A stretch of 64,000 nt of DNA from an uncultured Candidatus Saccharibacteria bacterium (GCA_964467325.1 CAYXSG010000001.1:8953-72952), one strand, 5' to 3'; positions 38,167-48,486 are shown, numbered from the stretch's first letter. Numbers and translations: made by a program. The notes: generated from the letters alone by a model not told the origin.

Positions 38167-38215
38167 CTGTGAATAGATCTTTATAAAGATTTTATCACTG
38201 GTTTGCTAAGCTGGT

Positions 38216-38740
38216 GTGATGAAGGATTATATAAAAGGGCGAGCGGGAGTTTTCATTGATGCTGCCAATATTTTGTATTCACAACAAACTCTTGGCTGGA
38301 AAGTTGATTATAAAAAACTCAAAGACTATTTAATAAACCAATCATTTTCTGCGGTTTTTTATTATTACACTGGAAAAGTTGGTTCACTTGAAAACCAACT
38401 GAAATTTATTAATAAGCTTGAGAATTATGGGTACGTTGTGATAGCAAAAGAAGTTAAGTTCATTAGAACAAAAGATGGCAAACAAATTCCCAAAGGTAAT
38501 CTTGATATTGAGCTTGCGCTAGACGCTTTTAGATTTAAAGATACGTACGATACGTTGCTTCTTTTTTCCGGTGATTCTGATTTCGCTTATCTTCTGGATC
38601 TTTTGAAGGAATACGGTAAGAAAACTTTGGTTTTTTCAACCAGAGGACACATTTCAAAAGAATTGCTAGAAAGAGCAAAGTATATTGATCTTCAAAAACT
38701 AAGAAGCTTTATTGAGCTAAAATTCAAAGAGCCACGCTAG
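38216..38740 (+). CDS. NYN domain (PIN-like) putative ribonuclease, AT-rich insertion
   Basis: VFIDAANILY...GNLDIELALDA...LFSGDSDFAYLLDLLKEYGKKTLVF match the NYN/LabA fold. Confidence 0.7.
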   Translation: MMKDYIKGRAGVFIDAANILYSQQTLGWKVDYKKLKDYLINQSFSAVFYYYTGKVGSLENQLKFINKLENYGYVVIAKEVKFIRTKDGKQIPKGNLDIELALDAFRFKDTYDTLLLFSGDSDFAYLLDLLKEYGKKTLVFSTRGHISKELLERAKYIDLQKLRSFIELKFKEPR

Positions 38741-38803
38741 GTGGCTCTTGAAGTATGACTTAATTAGTATAGCTGGTGTATAATATAAGTCAAGAGTTTT
38801 TGG

Positions 38804-38822
38804 AAATTAAAAGCGAGCATGA
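38804..38822 (+). repeat. 19-bp direct repeat, copy 2
   Basis: aaattaaaagcgagcatga duplicate of the tktN 3' end, 3' of the NYN gene. Confidence 0.7.
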
Positions 38823-38844
38823 ATAATTAATAAATTTAAATAAT

Positions 38845-39174
38845 ATGAATGAAAATAAAAAATGGTATCTTTCAAAAGGAGTTTTGTTCTTTGTTGGGTA
38901 TGTAGTTATAACAATAATATACGGATTTGTAACAGTGAATCAGGAACTAATTAATTCCTTACCATTATCACTTTTAACATTTCCTATGGGTATTTTAGGT
39001 GGTTTTTTGATTTTTGGTTGGCCAGCCATAATTATAACTGCAATAACTGCTCTTTTTATGGAAAGGTTTGTTTCTAAAAACCAAAAATTACCTATTTATA
39101 TTTTTTCATACCTAGTAGCGTTGCCTTTTATTTTCTGTTTCATTTATTATTTGTCGATTCATAATATTCGTTAA
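38845..39174 (+). CDS. small AT-rich membrane protein (hypothetical)
   Basis: 3 TM helices; TAATG overlap with tktC start. Confidence 0.4.
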   Translation: MNENKKWYLSKGVLFFVGYVVITIIYGFVTVNQELINSLPLSLLTFPMGILGGFLIFGWPAIIITAITALFMERFVSKNQKLPIYIFSYLVALPFIFCFIYYLSIHNIR

Positions 39175-40178
39175 TGCTAAATCCTCTTCTAAAACTCAAT
39201 CCTAAAATTTTTGACGAAAGTGTGGAGCAGACGCCGATTCGGCGCGGGTTTGGCGAGGGATTTTTGGCGGCGGGCGAAGCAGATAAAAATGTGGTGGGAC
39301 TGTGCGCCGATTTGACCGAGAGCACCCAGATGCATCTTTTCAAAGAAAAATTTCCGGAGCGGTTTATTGAGGTGGGCGTTGCTGAGCAAAATCTCGCGAG
39401 CGTGGCTTCCGGCTTGGTGGCGGCTGGAAAAATTCCTTTTATTTCTTCTTATGCCATGTTTTCTCCGGGCCGAAATTGGGAGCAGATTCGCACGACCATT
39501 TGCTACAACGACCGGCCGGTGAAAATTGCCGGCTCGCACGCGGGGATTTCCGTGGGACCGGACGGCGGCACGCACCAAGCGCTGGAAGATATCGCGCTTA
39601 CCAGAGTAATTCCGAGAATGGTGGTGATTTCGCCATGCGACGCGGTGGAAGCGCTCAAAGCCACTTTAGCAGCAGCGAAAACCAAAACGCCGGTTTACAT
39701 CCGACTCGCACGCGAAAAAACGCCGATTATGACTTCGGCGCACACGCCTTTTGAAATTGGCAAAGCGGAAATTTTTTTCCAGCCGATTGCCGGCCGTGCT
39801 GAAGTGGGGATTGTGGCGACCGGTGCACTGCTCTACAAAGCGCTGAAAGTGGCGCGCGATTTGGAAAAAGAAAAAATTGGCGTGACGGTTCTAAATCTCT
39901 CAACCATTAAACCTTTAGACGAAAAAGCGTTGCTTCGTCTTGCGGAAGACACGAAGGCAATAGTGACGGTGGAAGAGCATCAAATTGCTGGCGGCATGGG
40001 CTCAGCGGTGGCTGAGTTTCTCGCCAAGCACCGGCCAGTACTGATGGAATTTATTGGCGTGCACGACAAATTTGGCCAATCAGGCAAGCCGGAAGAACTC
40101 ATAGAATTTTACGGCATGGGAGAAAAAGCCATCAAAGAAGCGGTGAAAAAGGTTTTGAAGAGAAAATTACAGAAATAA
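39174..40178 (+). CDS. tktB: transketolase, C-terminal (pyrimidine-binding) subunit
   Basis: RRGFGEGFLAAGEADKNVVGLCADL...ISPCDAVE...HQIAGGMGS transketolase C-terminal motifs. Confidence 0.85.
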   Translation: MLNPLLKLNPKIFDESVEQTPIRRGFGEGFLAAGEADKNVVGLCADLTESTQMHLFKEKFPERFIEVGVAEQNLASVASGLVAAGKIPFISSYAMFSPGRNWEQIRTTICYNDRPVKIAGSHAGISVGPDGGTHQALEDIALTRVIPRMVVISPCDAVEALKATLAAAKTKTPVYIRLAREKTPIMTSAHTPFEIGKAEIFFQPIAGRAEVGIVATGALLYKALKVARDLEKEKIGVTVLNLSTIKPLDEKALLRLAEDTKAIVTVEEHQIAGGMGSAVAEFLAKHRPVLMEFIGVHDKFGQSGKPEELIEFYGMGEKAIKEAVKKVLKRKLQK

Positions 40179-40181
40179 TTT

Positions 40182-40406
40182 ATGAATGAAATTAAAATCG
40201 GCGCGCTTTATAAGCATTACAAAACAGAAAAGCTTTATAAGATTATAGGCATTGCTAAGCATTCGGAAACACTAGAGGATTTGGTAATTTACGAAGCGCA
40301 GTATGAAAATCCCACTTCAAAACTTTGGGCGAGACCGCTTTCAATGTTTCTGGAATCTGTTGAATTCAAAGGCAAAAAACAACCTCGGTTCAATTTGATC
40401 GACTAG
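40182..40406 (+). CDS. DUF1653 domain protein
   Basis: YKHYKTEKLYKIIGIAKHSETLEDLVIYEAQY...WARP matches DUF1653. Confidence 0.6.
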   Translation: MNEIKIGALYKHYKTEKLYKIIGIAKHSETLEDLVIYEAQYENPTSKLWARPLSMFLESVEFKGKKQPRFNLID

Positions 40407-40458
40407 TTTACATTTAACCAATAGTATTGTATTCTATAATAAGTCTCTAGGTCTTTTA

Positions 40459-40809
40459 ATGAAAGGGGTCGTCATGGCCTTTGGAATTGTGGATTGCGAC
40501 GTAGGCGCGCAACTTGATTGCGCGGTTGAGAGAATTCCAACTCGAGAGGAACAATGGAAGGTTGAGTATCCTGCGGGCGGCAAGCGAAAAGCTTTGCTGG
40601 CCCTGGCAAAACAGATTGAGTCCAAGGTGGCGAGAGTGGATTCGCCCAAACTCAATCTCGGGATTGTGGTTGGAATAGAAGCCATCAATACCGGCATCGA
40701 TTTGATTCGGGAATGGCAAACTCGCCATCGTGTCTGCCTCGGAAGGCGCTCATTCCAGTACTTGGTTTTGTTTGCAGCGCAAATCATTGCTTCGAACGAA
40801 GCGAACTGA
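40459..40809 (+). CDS. hypothetical protein
   Basis: ORF ending just before a bidirectional terminator. Confidence 0.3.
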   Translation: MKGVVMAFGIVDCDVGAQLDCAVERIPTREEQWKVEYPAGGKRKALLALAKQIESKVARVDSPKLNLGIVVGIEAINTGIDLIREWQTRHRVCLGRRSFQYLVLFAAQIIASNEAN

Positions 40810-40814
40810 CAAAA

Positions 40815-40849
40815 CCAAAACCCGCACTTGCACAAAGCGCGGGTTTTTT
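40815..40849. terminator. bidirectional rho-independent terminator
   Basis: AAAACCCGC-loop-GCGGGTTTTTT. Confidence 0.6.
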
Positions 40850-40862
40850 CATAAATTTAATC

Positions 40863-41873
40863 TCAGCTAATTTTTTTAATTTTGTAATCTGCTGGCGCGT
40901 TTTGGAGCTTGGCGGAAATTTTTTCATAGGAGAGCAAGCCTTCTTGCGCACCGATGTATTCCACAACTGAGGCAGAATTGATTGGACCCATGATGAGCGC
41001 TTCTTCCAAAGTTTTGCCCATGATAAGCGCGGCGGTGACGGTGGACGAAAAAGCGTCGCCGGCGCCGGTGCGCTCGTAAGCTTCTTGCGGATAGACGGGC
41101 ACGAACCAAAAGTTGGTGCCGTCGTAAGCATAGGCGCCGGCCATGCCGTCGGTGATGACGGCGATTTTCGGCCCGAGTGCGGCAATATTTTTAAGCAAAG
41201 TTTTAATGTCTTTTTCTTGGCTCGCCAAAATTCTTTTCGCTTCCTCCACATTGCAGAAGAAAATTTCGGTCCGCTCATAAATGCCTTTGAGTTCTTTCGT
41301 GCCAAATTTCATCTGATAAGTGCCAGGCTGAAACGCGAGTTTCACTTCCGGATGTTTGGAAAGGTAAGAAAGAATTTCGGTGTGATATTGCAAAGAATTT
41401 TCACCAAGCGAACTTAGATAAACCCATTTCGGCGCGTGTTTGATTTCCGGAAATTTATAAGGATAAGGCTGATGTTTCACCAGAATCGTGCGCTCCACAT
41501 CGTACCAAAGCACGTAATGATAATTGGTTTCCATGTCTTTATGAATCGCAATATGATTGGTTGCCACTTTATTGGCCACGAGCGATTCCAAACATTCTTT
41601 GCCGTTCTGGTCTTCGCCGATGTCGGCAATGAGGCCAACTCGCAGTCCGAGTCGCGCCGCAGACACCGCCGCGTTTGGGCTGTTGCCGACACTTCTTATC
41701 ACTTTCACAAATTCGTAAGGCACTTTGTCGCCGAAAGTCACGCATAATTCTTTTGAAGCATGGTCAACGCTGTCGATGACGTCGGCTTGCTTGAGGCGGA
41801 TAAAAGCGTCGGTGGTAATGTCGCCGATGGCGAGTAAATCCAGTTGTGTATGCATGAAAAAAGTATAACACAT
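40863..41873 (-). CDS. PfkB-family carbohydrate kinase (ribokinase-like)
   Basis: N-terminal LLAIGD...; C-terminal GAGDAFSSTV anion-hole/DTxGAGD motif. Confidence 0.75.
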   Translation of the reverse strand: MCYTFFMHTQLDLLAIGDITTDAFIRLKQADVIDSVDHASKELCVTFGDKVPYEFVKVIRSVGNSPNAAVSAARLGLRVGLIADIGEDQNGKECLESLVANKVATNHIAIHKDMETNYHYVLWYDVERTILVKHQPYPYKFPEIKHAPKWVYLSSLGENSLQYHTEILSYLSKHPEVKLAFQPGTYQMKFGTKELKGIYERTEIFFCNVEEAKRILASQEKDIKTLLKNIAALGPKIAVITDGMAGAYAYDGTNFWFVPVYPQEAYERTGAGDAFSSTVTAALIMGKTLEEALIMGPINSASVVEYIGAQEGLLSYEKISAKLQNAPADYKIKKIS

Positions 41874-41881
41874 CTTTTTAA

Positions 41882-42766
41882 GTGTGTTACAATGAGCTTA
41901 TGAAAACTTTACGCGAATGCATTGCCGACGCCGAATCAAAAAAAATTGCGCTCGGTCACTTCAATATTTCCAACTTAGAAGGTTTGTGGGCGGTGTTTCG
42001 TGCTGCACAGAAGCTCGATTTGCCGGTGGTGATTGGCGTTTCAGAAGGTGAGCGCGATTTTATCGGCGTGCCGCAAGCGGTGGCGCTTGTTAAAAGTATT
42101 CGGGAAGAATTTAATTATCCGATTTTCTTAAACGCCGACCACACTTACTCTTTTGAAAAGGTGAAAGAAGCGGTGGATGCCGGTTTTGACAGCGTGATTT
42201 TCGACGGCGCGCAGCTCAGTTTTGAAGAAAATATCAAACTCACGAAAAAATGCGTGGAATATGCGAAAAAAGTTAATCCGGCAATTTTGGTGGAAGGTGA
42301 GCTTGGCTACATTGGCACTTCTTCCAAACTTCTCGACGCCGTGCCGGAAGGCGTGGTGACTTCTGGTGCTGGTTTAACGAGTCCGGAAGATGCGGCAAAA
42401 TTTGTTAAAGAAACTGGCGTTGACCTTTTTGCGCCGGCGGTGGGCAACGTGCACGGCATGATGAAAGTGGGCCACGATCCGCGGCTAGACATTAAACGCA
42501 TTGCAGAAATCCGAAAAGCGGCCGGCGTGCCTCTGGTTTTGCACGGTGGTTCCGGCACAGTGGACGAAGATTTTACAGCGGCCATTAAAGTCGGCATTGC
42601 CATCGTTCATATTAATACCGAGTTGCGCGTGGCGTTTAAAAAAGCGCTTGAACTTTCGCTTCAGAAAAATCCGGAAGAAATTGCGCCGTACAAGTTTATG
42701 AAAGATTCCCTGAAAGCCATGGAAAAAGCCACTTCCGACCGGCTGTTGCTTTTTTCCGGCAAATAA
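41882..42766 (+). CDS. fba: class II fructose/ketose-bisphosphate aldolase
   Basis: LGHFNISNLE...VVIGVSEGERDF...LNADHTYS...LHGGSG class II aldolase pattern; likely start ATG at 41900. Confidence 0.8.
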   Translation: MCYNELMKTLRECIADAESKKIALGHFNISNLEGLWAVFRAAQKLDLPVVIGVSEGERDFIGVPQAVALVKSIREEFNYPIFLNADHTYSFEKVKEAVDAGFDSVIFDGAQLSFEENIKLTKKCVEYAKKVNPAILVEGELGYIGTSSKLLDAVPEGVVTSGAGLTSPEDAAKFVKETGVDLFAPAVGNVHGMMKVGHDPRLDIKRIAEIRKAAGVPLVLHGGSGTVDEDFTAAIKVGIAIVHINTELRVAFKKALELSLQKNPEEIAPYKFMKDSLKAMEKATSDRLLLFSGK

Positions 42767-42781
42767 GTATACTTTCAATCC

Positions 42782-43486
42782 ATGCAAACAATCCAATTTG
42801 AAACCCGAAATACCAAGCTTTCCGGCGCCGCTCTCAAGAAAGCTGGCAAAATTCTGGCGGTATTTTACGGCCCAAAAGAAAAATCCACGCCGATTACCCT
42901 CAAAGAAATTGAGTTTAAAAAGCTTTGGAAAGAGGCTGGCGAATCTTCCATTGTTGTTCTCAAAAATGCCGGCGAAGAACACGAAGCGCTAATTCAAGAC
43001 GTGGATTTGCACCCAGTTTCCGGTGCCATTCGTCATGCTGATTTTTACGTCGTGGAAAAAGGTAAGAAGCTCAAAGTCGCCATTCCGCTTGAATTCTCTG
43101 GCGTTTCGCCAGCGGTGAAAGATCTCGGCGGCATTCTCGTGAAAGTGCTCCGCGAAATCACCATTGAAGCGTTGCCGAAAGATTTGCCTCACAAAATTGA
43201 AGTAGACATTTCCAAGCTTGCCACGCTCGACGCTAAAATCTTGGCAGGCAGCTTGGCTTTGCCGGCGGGCGTTACCATTGTTACTCATGCCGACGAAGTG
43301 GTGGCGGCCATCGCGGTGGCGAAAGAAGAAGTGGAAGAAGTGACCAAAACTCTTGAAGATATTGAAGTGGTTGGCCAGAAAGGTAAAGAACCAGTTCCCG
43401 GTGAAGAAGGTGCGGCTGCCGCCGGTGCAAAAGCGCCAGCTGCCGACAAAAAAGCCCCAGAAAAGAAGGCGCCTGAGAAGAAATAA
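42782..43486 (+). CDS. rplY: 50S ribosomal protein L25/general stress protein Ctc
   Basis: Ctc-type two-domain L25 (EIEFKKLWKEAGESSIVVL...ADFYVVEKG...) with K/A/P-rich tail. Confidence 0.8.
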   Translation: MQTIQFETRNTKLSGAALKKAGKILAVFYGPKEKSTPITLKEIEFKKLWKEAGESSIVVLKNAGEEHEALIQDVDLHPVSGAIRHADFYVVEKGKKLKVAIPLEFSGVSPAVKDLGGILVKVLREITIEALPKDLPHKIEVDISKLATLDAKILAGSLALPAGVTIVTHADEVVAAIAVAKEEVEEVTKTLEDIEVVGQKGKEPVPGEEGAAAAGAKAPAADKKAPEKKAPEKK

Positions 43487-43504
43487 TTGTAGTATAATAG
43501 GCAC

Positions 43505-44836
43505 GTGTTTAGATATTTTTCTATATCAGCATTGTGCCTTTTTGCGTTTTTAGCCGGTCCGATTTTCGCGTTGGCGCAAACAGCGGATGCGGTGGCGGCG
43601 CGCCAAGCCGCACTTCAGGCCCAGCTTGATCAAGTGCTCAAAGACATTGACGCTCAGCAGCAAATTTTGAGTGCTGAACAGCAAAAAGGCCAAACGCTCC
43701 AAGGCGACATCAACATTTTGAACGCGAAAATCCAGGAAGCCAAACTAAAAATCAAAGCGCGCCAGATTGCGATTGAAGGTTTGGGAAAAGATATCAGCCA
43801 GAAAACCGACACGATAAACACTTTGGCCGGAAAAATCGACGACACGCACGATTCGCTTGCTCAGCTTTTGCGGCAGACGAATCAGATTGACGAATTTACG
43901 CTGCCGGATGTCGTTTTGAGCGATAAAGATCTTTCGGAATTTTTGGTGGATGTGGATGCTTACAATTCCATCAAAGAATCCATTCAGGTTGCGCTCGGCT
44001 ACATTAAGAAAACCAAAGAAGACACCGAAACCGCTCGGCAAACGCTCGACCGCCAGCGCTTAGAAGAAATTGACGCGAAAATTTCCATCCAAACCGAACA
44101 GGCCAACATTCAGAAAGATGAAACGGAAAAAGCTCGGCTCCTCGCGCTTTCAAAAGCTCAGCAGAAAACTTATCAAGCTGATATCGCGCAAAAGCAGGCG
44201 AAAGCGGCGGCCATCAGAAGCGCACTTTTCTCACTCCGAGATACGAGTGCGATTCCGTTCGGCAAAGCGCTTGAGTATGCGACCAATGCTTCAAAATCCA
44301 CTGGCGTTTCACCCGCATTTCTCTTGGCGATTTTGAGTCAGGAATCGGATTTGGGTGAAAATATCGGCACGTGCAACAGGCCGGGCGATCCAGCGTCGAA
44401 AAGTTGGCGGGTAATTATGAAACCGAGTCGCGACCAAACGCCTTATCTTCAAATCACTTCCGAACTCGGTCTCAATCCGGACACGATGCCGCTTTCTTGC
44501 CCGATGTCTGCCAGCAGCTACGGCGGCGCGATGGGTCCGGCGCAATTTATTCCATCCACTTGGCTGCTCTTTAAGCCGCGCGTCGCTTCCTCGCTCGGTA
44601 TTTCCACGCCTAATCCTTGGGAGCCGCGCGATGCGTTCATGGCCTCTTCAATTTACCTCGGCGACCTCGGCGCGGATTCCAACTCTTACAGCGACCAGCG
44701 CAACGCCGCCTGCCGCTACTATTCCGGCCGCGCTTGCGACAGCAAAAAGCCGTCCAATTCCTTCTACGGCAATTCCGTCATGGCCAAGGCGCAAAGCATC
44801 CAGACCAACATGATTGATCCGCTCTCGGGCGTGTAA
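43505..44836 (+). CDS. secreted coiled-coil protein with C-terminal lytic transglycosylase-like (SLT) domain
   Basis: Signal peptide; long Q/K-rich coiled coil; LAILSQESDLG and GAMGPAQFIPSTW SLT motifs. Confidence 0.6.
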   Translation: MFRYFSISALCLFAFLAGPIFALAQTADAVAARQAALQAQLDQVLKDIDAQQQILSAEQQKGQTLQGDINILNAKIQEAKLKIKARQIAIEGLGKDISQKTDTINTLAGKIDDTHDSLAQLLRQTNQIDEFTLPDVVLSDKDLSEFLVDVDAYNSIKESIQVALGYIKKTKEDTETARQTLDRQRLEEIDAKISIQTEQANIQKDETEKARLLALSKAQQKTYQADIAQKQAKAAAIRSALFSLRDTSAIPFGKALEYATNASKSTGVSPAFLLAILSQESDLGENIGTCNRPGDPASKSWRVIMKPSRDQTPYLQITSELGLNPDTMPLSCPMSASSYGGAMGPAQFIPSTWLLFKPRVASSLGISTPNPWEPRDAFMASSIYLGDLGADSNSYSDQRNAACRYYSGRACDSKKPSNSFYGNSVMAKAQSIQTNMIDPLSGV

Positions 44837-44876
44837 ATTTGCGCAAAAGCTGGCGGTCTGATATAGTGTCCGCACC

Positions 44877-45107
44877 ATGAAAGCCGAAATTCATCCAAAA
44901 TACAACGAAAAAGCGACAGTTACTTGCGCATGCGGCAACACTTTTACTGTGGGTTCAACCAAAGATAAACTCACTGTGGAAATCTGCAGCCAGTGCCACC
45001 CTTTTTATACCGGCACGGAAAAAACTCTTGACGCCGCCGGCCGCGTGGAAAAATTCAAGACTCGCGCCACGAAAGCTGCTCCAAAGAAAGCCAAGTCGGC
45101 GAAGTAA
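44877..45107 (+). CDS. rpmE: 50S ribosomal protein L31
   Basis: [11 protein letters not shown]...CACGNTF...[10 protein letters not shown]. Confidence 0.85.
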   Translation: MKAEIHPKYNEKATVTCACGNTFTVGSTKDKLTVEICSQCHPFYTGTEKTLDAAGRVEKFKTRATKAAPKKAKSAK

Positions 45108-46082
45108 ATGGACATAGAAGTTTTTAAAAAAAATCCCAAGACGGCCTATTTGGCCGAAATGTATTTGAAACTCCAAAAAGAAGAGGAAGCGGTTTTAGCG
45201 ATGTCGAAAGATGATCCAAGAATGGAAGAGTTGGCCAAAACCGAACTCGCCGAACTCAAAGAGCAGAAAGACGCTTTGATGAAGCAGATGTCTGACATTC
45301 TCGCGCCGGAAGAAGACGAAGAGGATGAATTTCCAAATGAAGTGGTGCTTGAAGTGCGTGCGGGCGCGGGCGGAGACGAAGCGTCGCTTTTTGCCGCTGA
45401 ACTTGCCGCCATGTATCAAGGTTATGCACTCAAAAACGGCTGGGCTTGGAGCAAAGTGGACGCATCGGAGAGCGACCTTGGTGGTTATAAAGAAGCCTCT
45501 TTTGAAATTCGTGGTAAAGATGTTTACAAAAAATTGCGCCACGAAACCGGCGTGCACCGCATTCAGCGCATTCCGGCGACCGAAAAAGTGGGGCGCGTGC
45601 ACACGAGCACGGCGTCGGTGGCCATTTTGCCCATCCGTAAAAGCACTAAATTTGAAATCAATCCGGCTGACATTGAAATGGAAACGACGCGCTCCGGCGG
45701 CAAGGGTGGCCAAAACGTGAACAAGGTGGAAACGGCGGTCCGGCTCACGCACAAGCCAACCGGTCTCGTGGTGCGTTCCACCGTGGAGCGCAGTCAAAAC
45801 GCTAACAAAGAAAAAGCCATGGCCATTCTCTCGGCGAAAATTGAGGCGCTCAAAGAGGAAGAGGAAGCGAAAAAATTTGCCAGCGTCCGCAAAGACCAAA
45901 TCGGCACCGGCGACCGCTCGGAAAAAATCCGCACCTACAACATCCTTCAAGACCGCGTCACCGACCATCGTTTGAGGCGCTCTTGGCACAACATTGAAAA
46001 AATCTTCACCGGCAGCATTGACCAAATCATTGAAGCGATGACCGAACCCATTGACCCAAACGCGAAAGAAGAGGTGGAGTGA
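45108..46082 (+). CDS. prfA: peptide chain release factor 1
   Basis: GGQ motif ([21 protein letters not shown]); PAT tripeptide (RIPATE) indicates RF1. Confidence 0.85.
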   Translation: MDIEVFKKNPKTAYLAEMYLKLQKEEEAVLAMSKDDPRMEELAKTELAELKEQKDALMKQMSDILAPEEDEEDEFPNEVVLEVRAGAGGDEASLFAAELAAMYQGYALKNGWAWSKVDASESDLGGYKEASFEIRGKDVYKKLRHETGVHRIQRIPATEKVGRVHTSTASVAILPIRKSTKFEINPADIEMETTRSGGKGGQNVNKVETAVRLTHKPTGLVVRSTVERSQNANKEKAMAILSAKIEALKEEEEAKKFASVRKDQIGTGDRSEKIRTYNILQDRVTDHRLRRSWHNIEKIFTGSIDQIIEAMTEPIDPNAKEEVE

Positions 46083-46188
46083 AATACTTGACTTATACGG
46101 GAATATGATGTTATAATCTCAAAAGAGCTGGTATTTCGCCAGCATGTTCCTTTGGTTCTGTGGCCTATACGGCAGAAAGAGGTTCTAT

Positions 46189-46659
46189 ATGAACTTCGTA
46201 AAATTCTGGAAGTTGGTTAAGAAACATCCGTGGTTGCCTCGCATTTTTTGGTTTTTTTGGGAAAAGCTTGATTCTCGTGACGAGGATAGTTTTCTCAATA
46301 ATCCATCGGATGTGGGTGATTCATTGATTCGGATGGTAAGAGAGACGGGTTATATTTCTTTTCGTCCTTGGGGTAAGCTTGATTTGTCTGTCTCATCATC
46401 AACTCATAATAAGGTTATATCGGGGTGCAAGTTGGGTCGCAGTTTCTCCATATTGGTCTTCAGTCATAAGTTTGGCCAATGTGATTTTGTTCGCCGAGAT
46501 GTGTTGGGTAGTGATGTAATGAAGGTTGGTGGGGGTTCCTTGGAAGATTCCCTTACTCGTTTGGAGAGTGATGGCATGATTATTGATGCTATAGTTGTAG
46601 AATCGGATGAGTCTTATACGAAACGTAACTACAACATCTTCCTACCGCCACCACAGTAG
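46189..46659 (+). CDS. hypothetical protein
   Basis: ORF followed by a strong terminator. Confidence 0.3.
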   Translation: MNFVKFWKLVKKHPWLPRIFWFFWEKLDSRDEDSFLNNPSDVGDSLIRMVRETGYISFRPWGKLDLSVSSSTHNKVISGCKLGRSFSILVFSHKFGQCDFVRRDVLGSDVMKVGGGSLEDSLTRLESDGMIIDAIVVESDESYTKRNYNIFLPPPQ

Positions 46660-46688
46660 CCTTTATGTCTCGCTGAATTGGGTTTTCA

Positions 46689-46716
46689 AACCACCGGCCC
46701 GCGCGGTGGTTTTTTC
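46689..46716 (+). terminator. rho-independent terminator
   Basis: AACCACCG-gcccgc-CGGTGGTT + TTTTTT. Confidence 0.65.
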
Positions 46717-46755
46717 TTGCCTTTTTGGGCTAGCCATGATATCTTTGATTCCACT

Positions 46756-47466
46756 ATGCCAGAAGCAAAAACAGCAGTCGCGAATGATGTTGAACGGATG
46801 TTTAAGGCCGGAGCGCACTTCGGATTTTCCAAATCCCGCCGCCATCCTTCAGCTAAGCCTCTTATCTTCGGCGTGAAGAATAAAGTAGAGATTTTTGACT
46901 TGGAAAAGACCAAAACCTACCTTGAAAAGGCCAAAGCGTTCGTAAAAGAGATTGCGGAAAAGGGCGGGATGATGCTTTTTGTCGGCAGCAAGCACGAAGC
47001 GCTGGAAGCGGTGCGCGCCTCGGCGACCTCTTTGAATATGCCGTTTGTAGCCGGCCGATGGATTGGCGGCACCTTTACGAACTTTCCTCAAATCAGAAAG
47101 CGCGTTGAACGCCTTGAGATGCTCACTTCCCAGCGCGAAAAGGGCGAACTCACGAAATACACCAAAAAAGAGCGTTTGCTCATTGACCGGGAAATTGACT
47201 CCTTGAATCGCTTTTTTTCTGGTATAATTCCTATGAAGGAAATGCCAAAGGCGGTTTTCGTGGTTGATTCCAAGCACGAGAAGATTGCGGTGACCGAAGC
47301 TCACAAAGTGAAGATTCCGGTTATCGCCATTGCCGGTTCCGATTGCGATCTTGCTGAAGTTGATTACCCAATTCCGGGCAACGATGCATCGCGCGGCAGC
47401 GTGGCCTTTTTCCTAAGCGAAATCGTGGCGGCCTACAAGCAAGGCGCGAGTGCAAAGAAGAGTTAA
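46756..47466 (+). CDS. rpsB: 30S ribosomal protein S2
   Basis: MLKAGAHFGF...RRHP; GGMMLFVGSK; VIAIAGSDCD canonical S2. Confidence 0.9.
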   Translation: MPEAKTAVANDVERMFKAGAHFGFSKSRRHPSAKPLIFGVKNKVEIFDLEKTKTYLEKAKAFVKEIAEKGGMMLFVGSKHEALEAVRASATSLNMPFVAGRWIGGTFTNFPQIRKRVERLEMLTSQREKGELTKYTKKERLLIDREIDSLNRFFSGIIPMKEMPKAVFVVDSKHEKIAVTEAHKVKIPVIAIAGSDCDLAEVDYPIPGNDASRGSVAFFLSEIVAAYKQGASAKKS

Positions 47467-47472
47467 ATTAAA

Positions 47473-48081
47473 ATGATTACAACTGATCAGATTAAAGATC
47501 TAATAGACACCACTGGCGTGTCGGTGATGCAGTGTAAAAAAGCGTTGGAGGAAGCTGGCGGCGACACCGCGAAAGCGCTTATCATACTGCGAAAAATCAG
47601 CAAAGACGTAGCAACCAAAAAAGCCGACCGAAAGTTTGGTTCCGGCGCCATTCAGTCTTACGTTCACAGTAATGGTTCGGTTGGAGCAATGGTTGAGCTT
47701 TCCTGCGAAACCGATTTCGTGGCGAAAAACGAAGATTTCAAAAATCTGGCGCGCGACATTGCTATGCACATCACCGCAACCAACCCAGAGTTTTTGAAAG
47801 TTGATGACATCGACGCAGCTTCAAAGAAAACCGCGATGGAAGTTTTTGAAAAAGAAGTCGTTGGCCTGTCCGCGAAGGCGGGCAAAAAGCCGGAAGCCAT
47901 CAAAGCGCAAATTCTTGAAGGCAAGCTCAAAGCCTATTTCAAAGACAAAACTCTGCTCGAGCAAGATTTCATCAAGAATCCTGAAATGACGATTGCTGGC
48001 CTTGTAAACTCCGCCATTCAAAAGTTTGGCGAAAAAGTGGAAGTCGCGCGCTTTGTGCGCTTCTCAGTTTTAAGTAAATAA
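47473..48081 (+). CDS. tsf: elongation factor Ts
   Basis: UBA-like N-terminus (IKDLIDTTGVSVMQCKKALEEAGGDTAKA) plus EF-Ts core. Confidence 0.9.
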   Translation: MITTDQIKDLIDTTGVSVMQCKKALEEAGGDTAKALIILRKISKDVATKKADRKFGSGAIQSYVHSNGSVGAMVELSCETDFVAKNEDFKNLARDIAMHITATNPEFLKVDDIDAASKKTAMEVFEKEVVGLSAKAGKKPEAIKAQILEGKLKAYFKDKTLLEQDFIKNPEMTIAGLVNSAIQKFGEKVEVARFVRFSVLSK

Positions 48082-48082
48082 C

Positions 48083-48463
48083 ATGATATTATCATTTTCA
48101 ACATTTATATTATCAGGCTTGAGCATTGGCGTTTTCATGGGCTTGAAGATGCTTCAAGAAAAACTTGGCTTTCTTCTTTTCTGGCCAAACGCTCGTGCAA
48201 AATGCGAAAAGTTTCTTTCACATCTTTTCACCGCTGTGGCCGAATTTTTCCGCAGTTTCAACAAACAAACATTTTATATTGTTCTCCATTATTGCCTAAC
48301 TCACATCCGGACGTTCTTTGTTTATCTTCAGCACAAAATCGACAAGAAATTGGTACATTTGGTAAATCTTATCAAAGGCAAGAAAATGATTGAAACTTCA
48401 AGCCGAGCTTCGCGTTTTCTTTACGACATCAACCATTTCAAAGAGAAGTTCGGAAGGTATTAA
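48083..48463 (+). CDS. hypothetical protein
   Basis: 126-aa ORF directly after tsf. Confidence 0.3.
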   Translation: MILSFSTFILSGLSIGVFMGLKMLQEKLGFLLFWPNARAKCEKFLSHLFTAVAEFFRSFNKQTFYIVLHYCLTHIRTFFVYLQHKIDKKLVHLVNLIKGKKMIETSSRASRFLYDINHFKEKFGRY

Positions 48464-48486
48464 AAGTGTGCTAATATAACTTCTGC

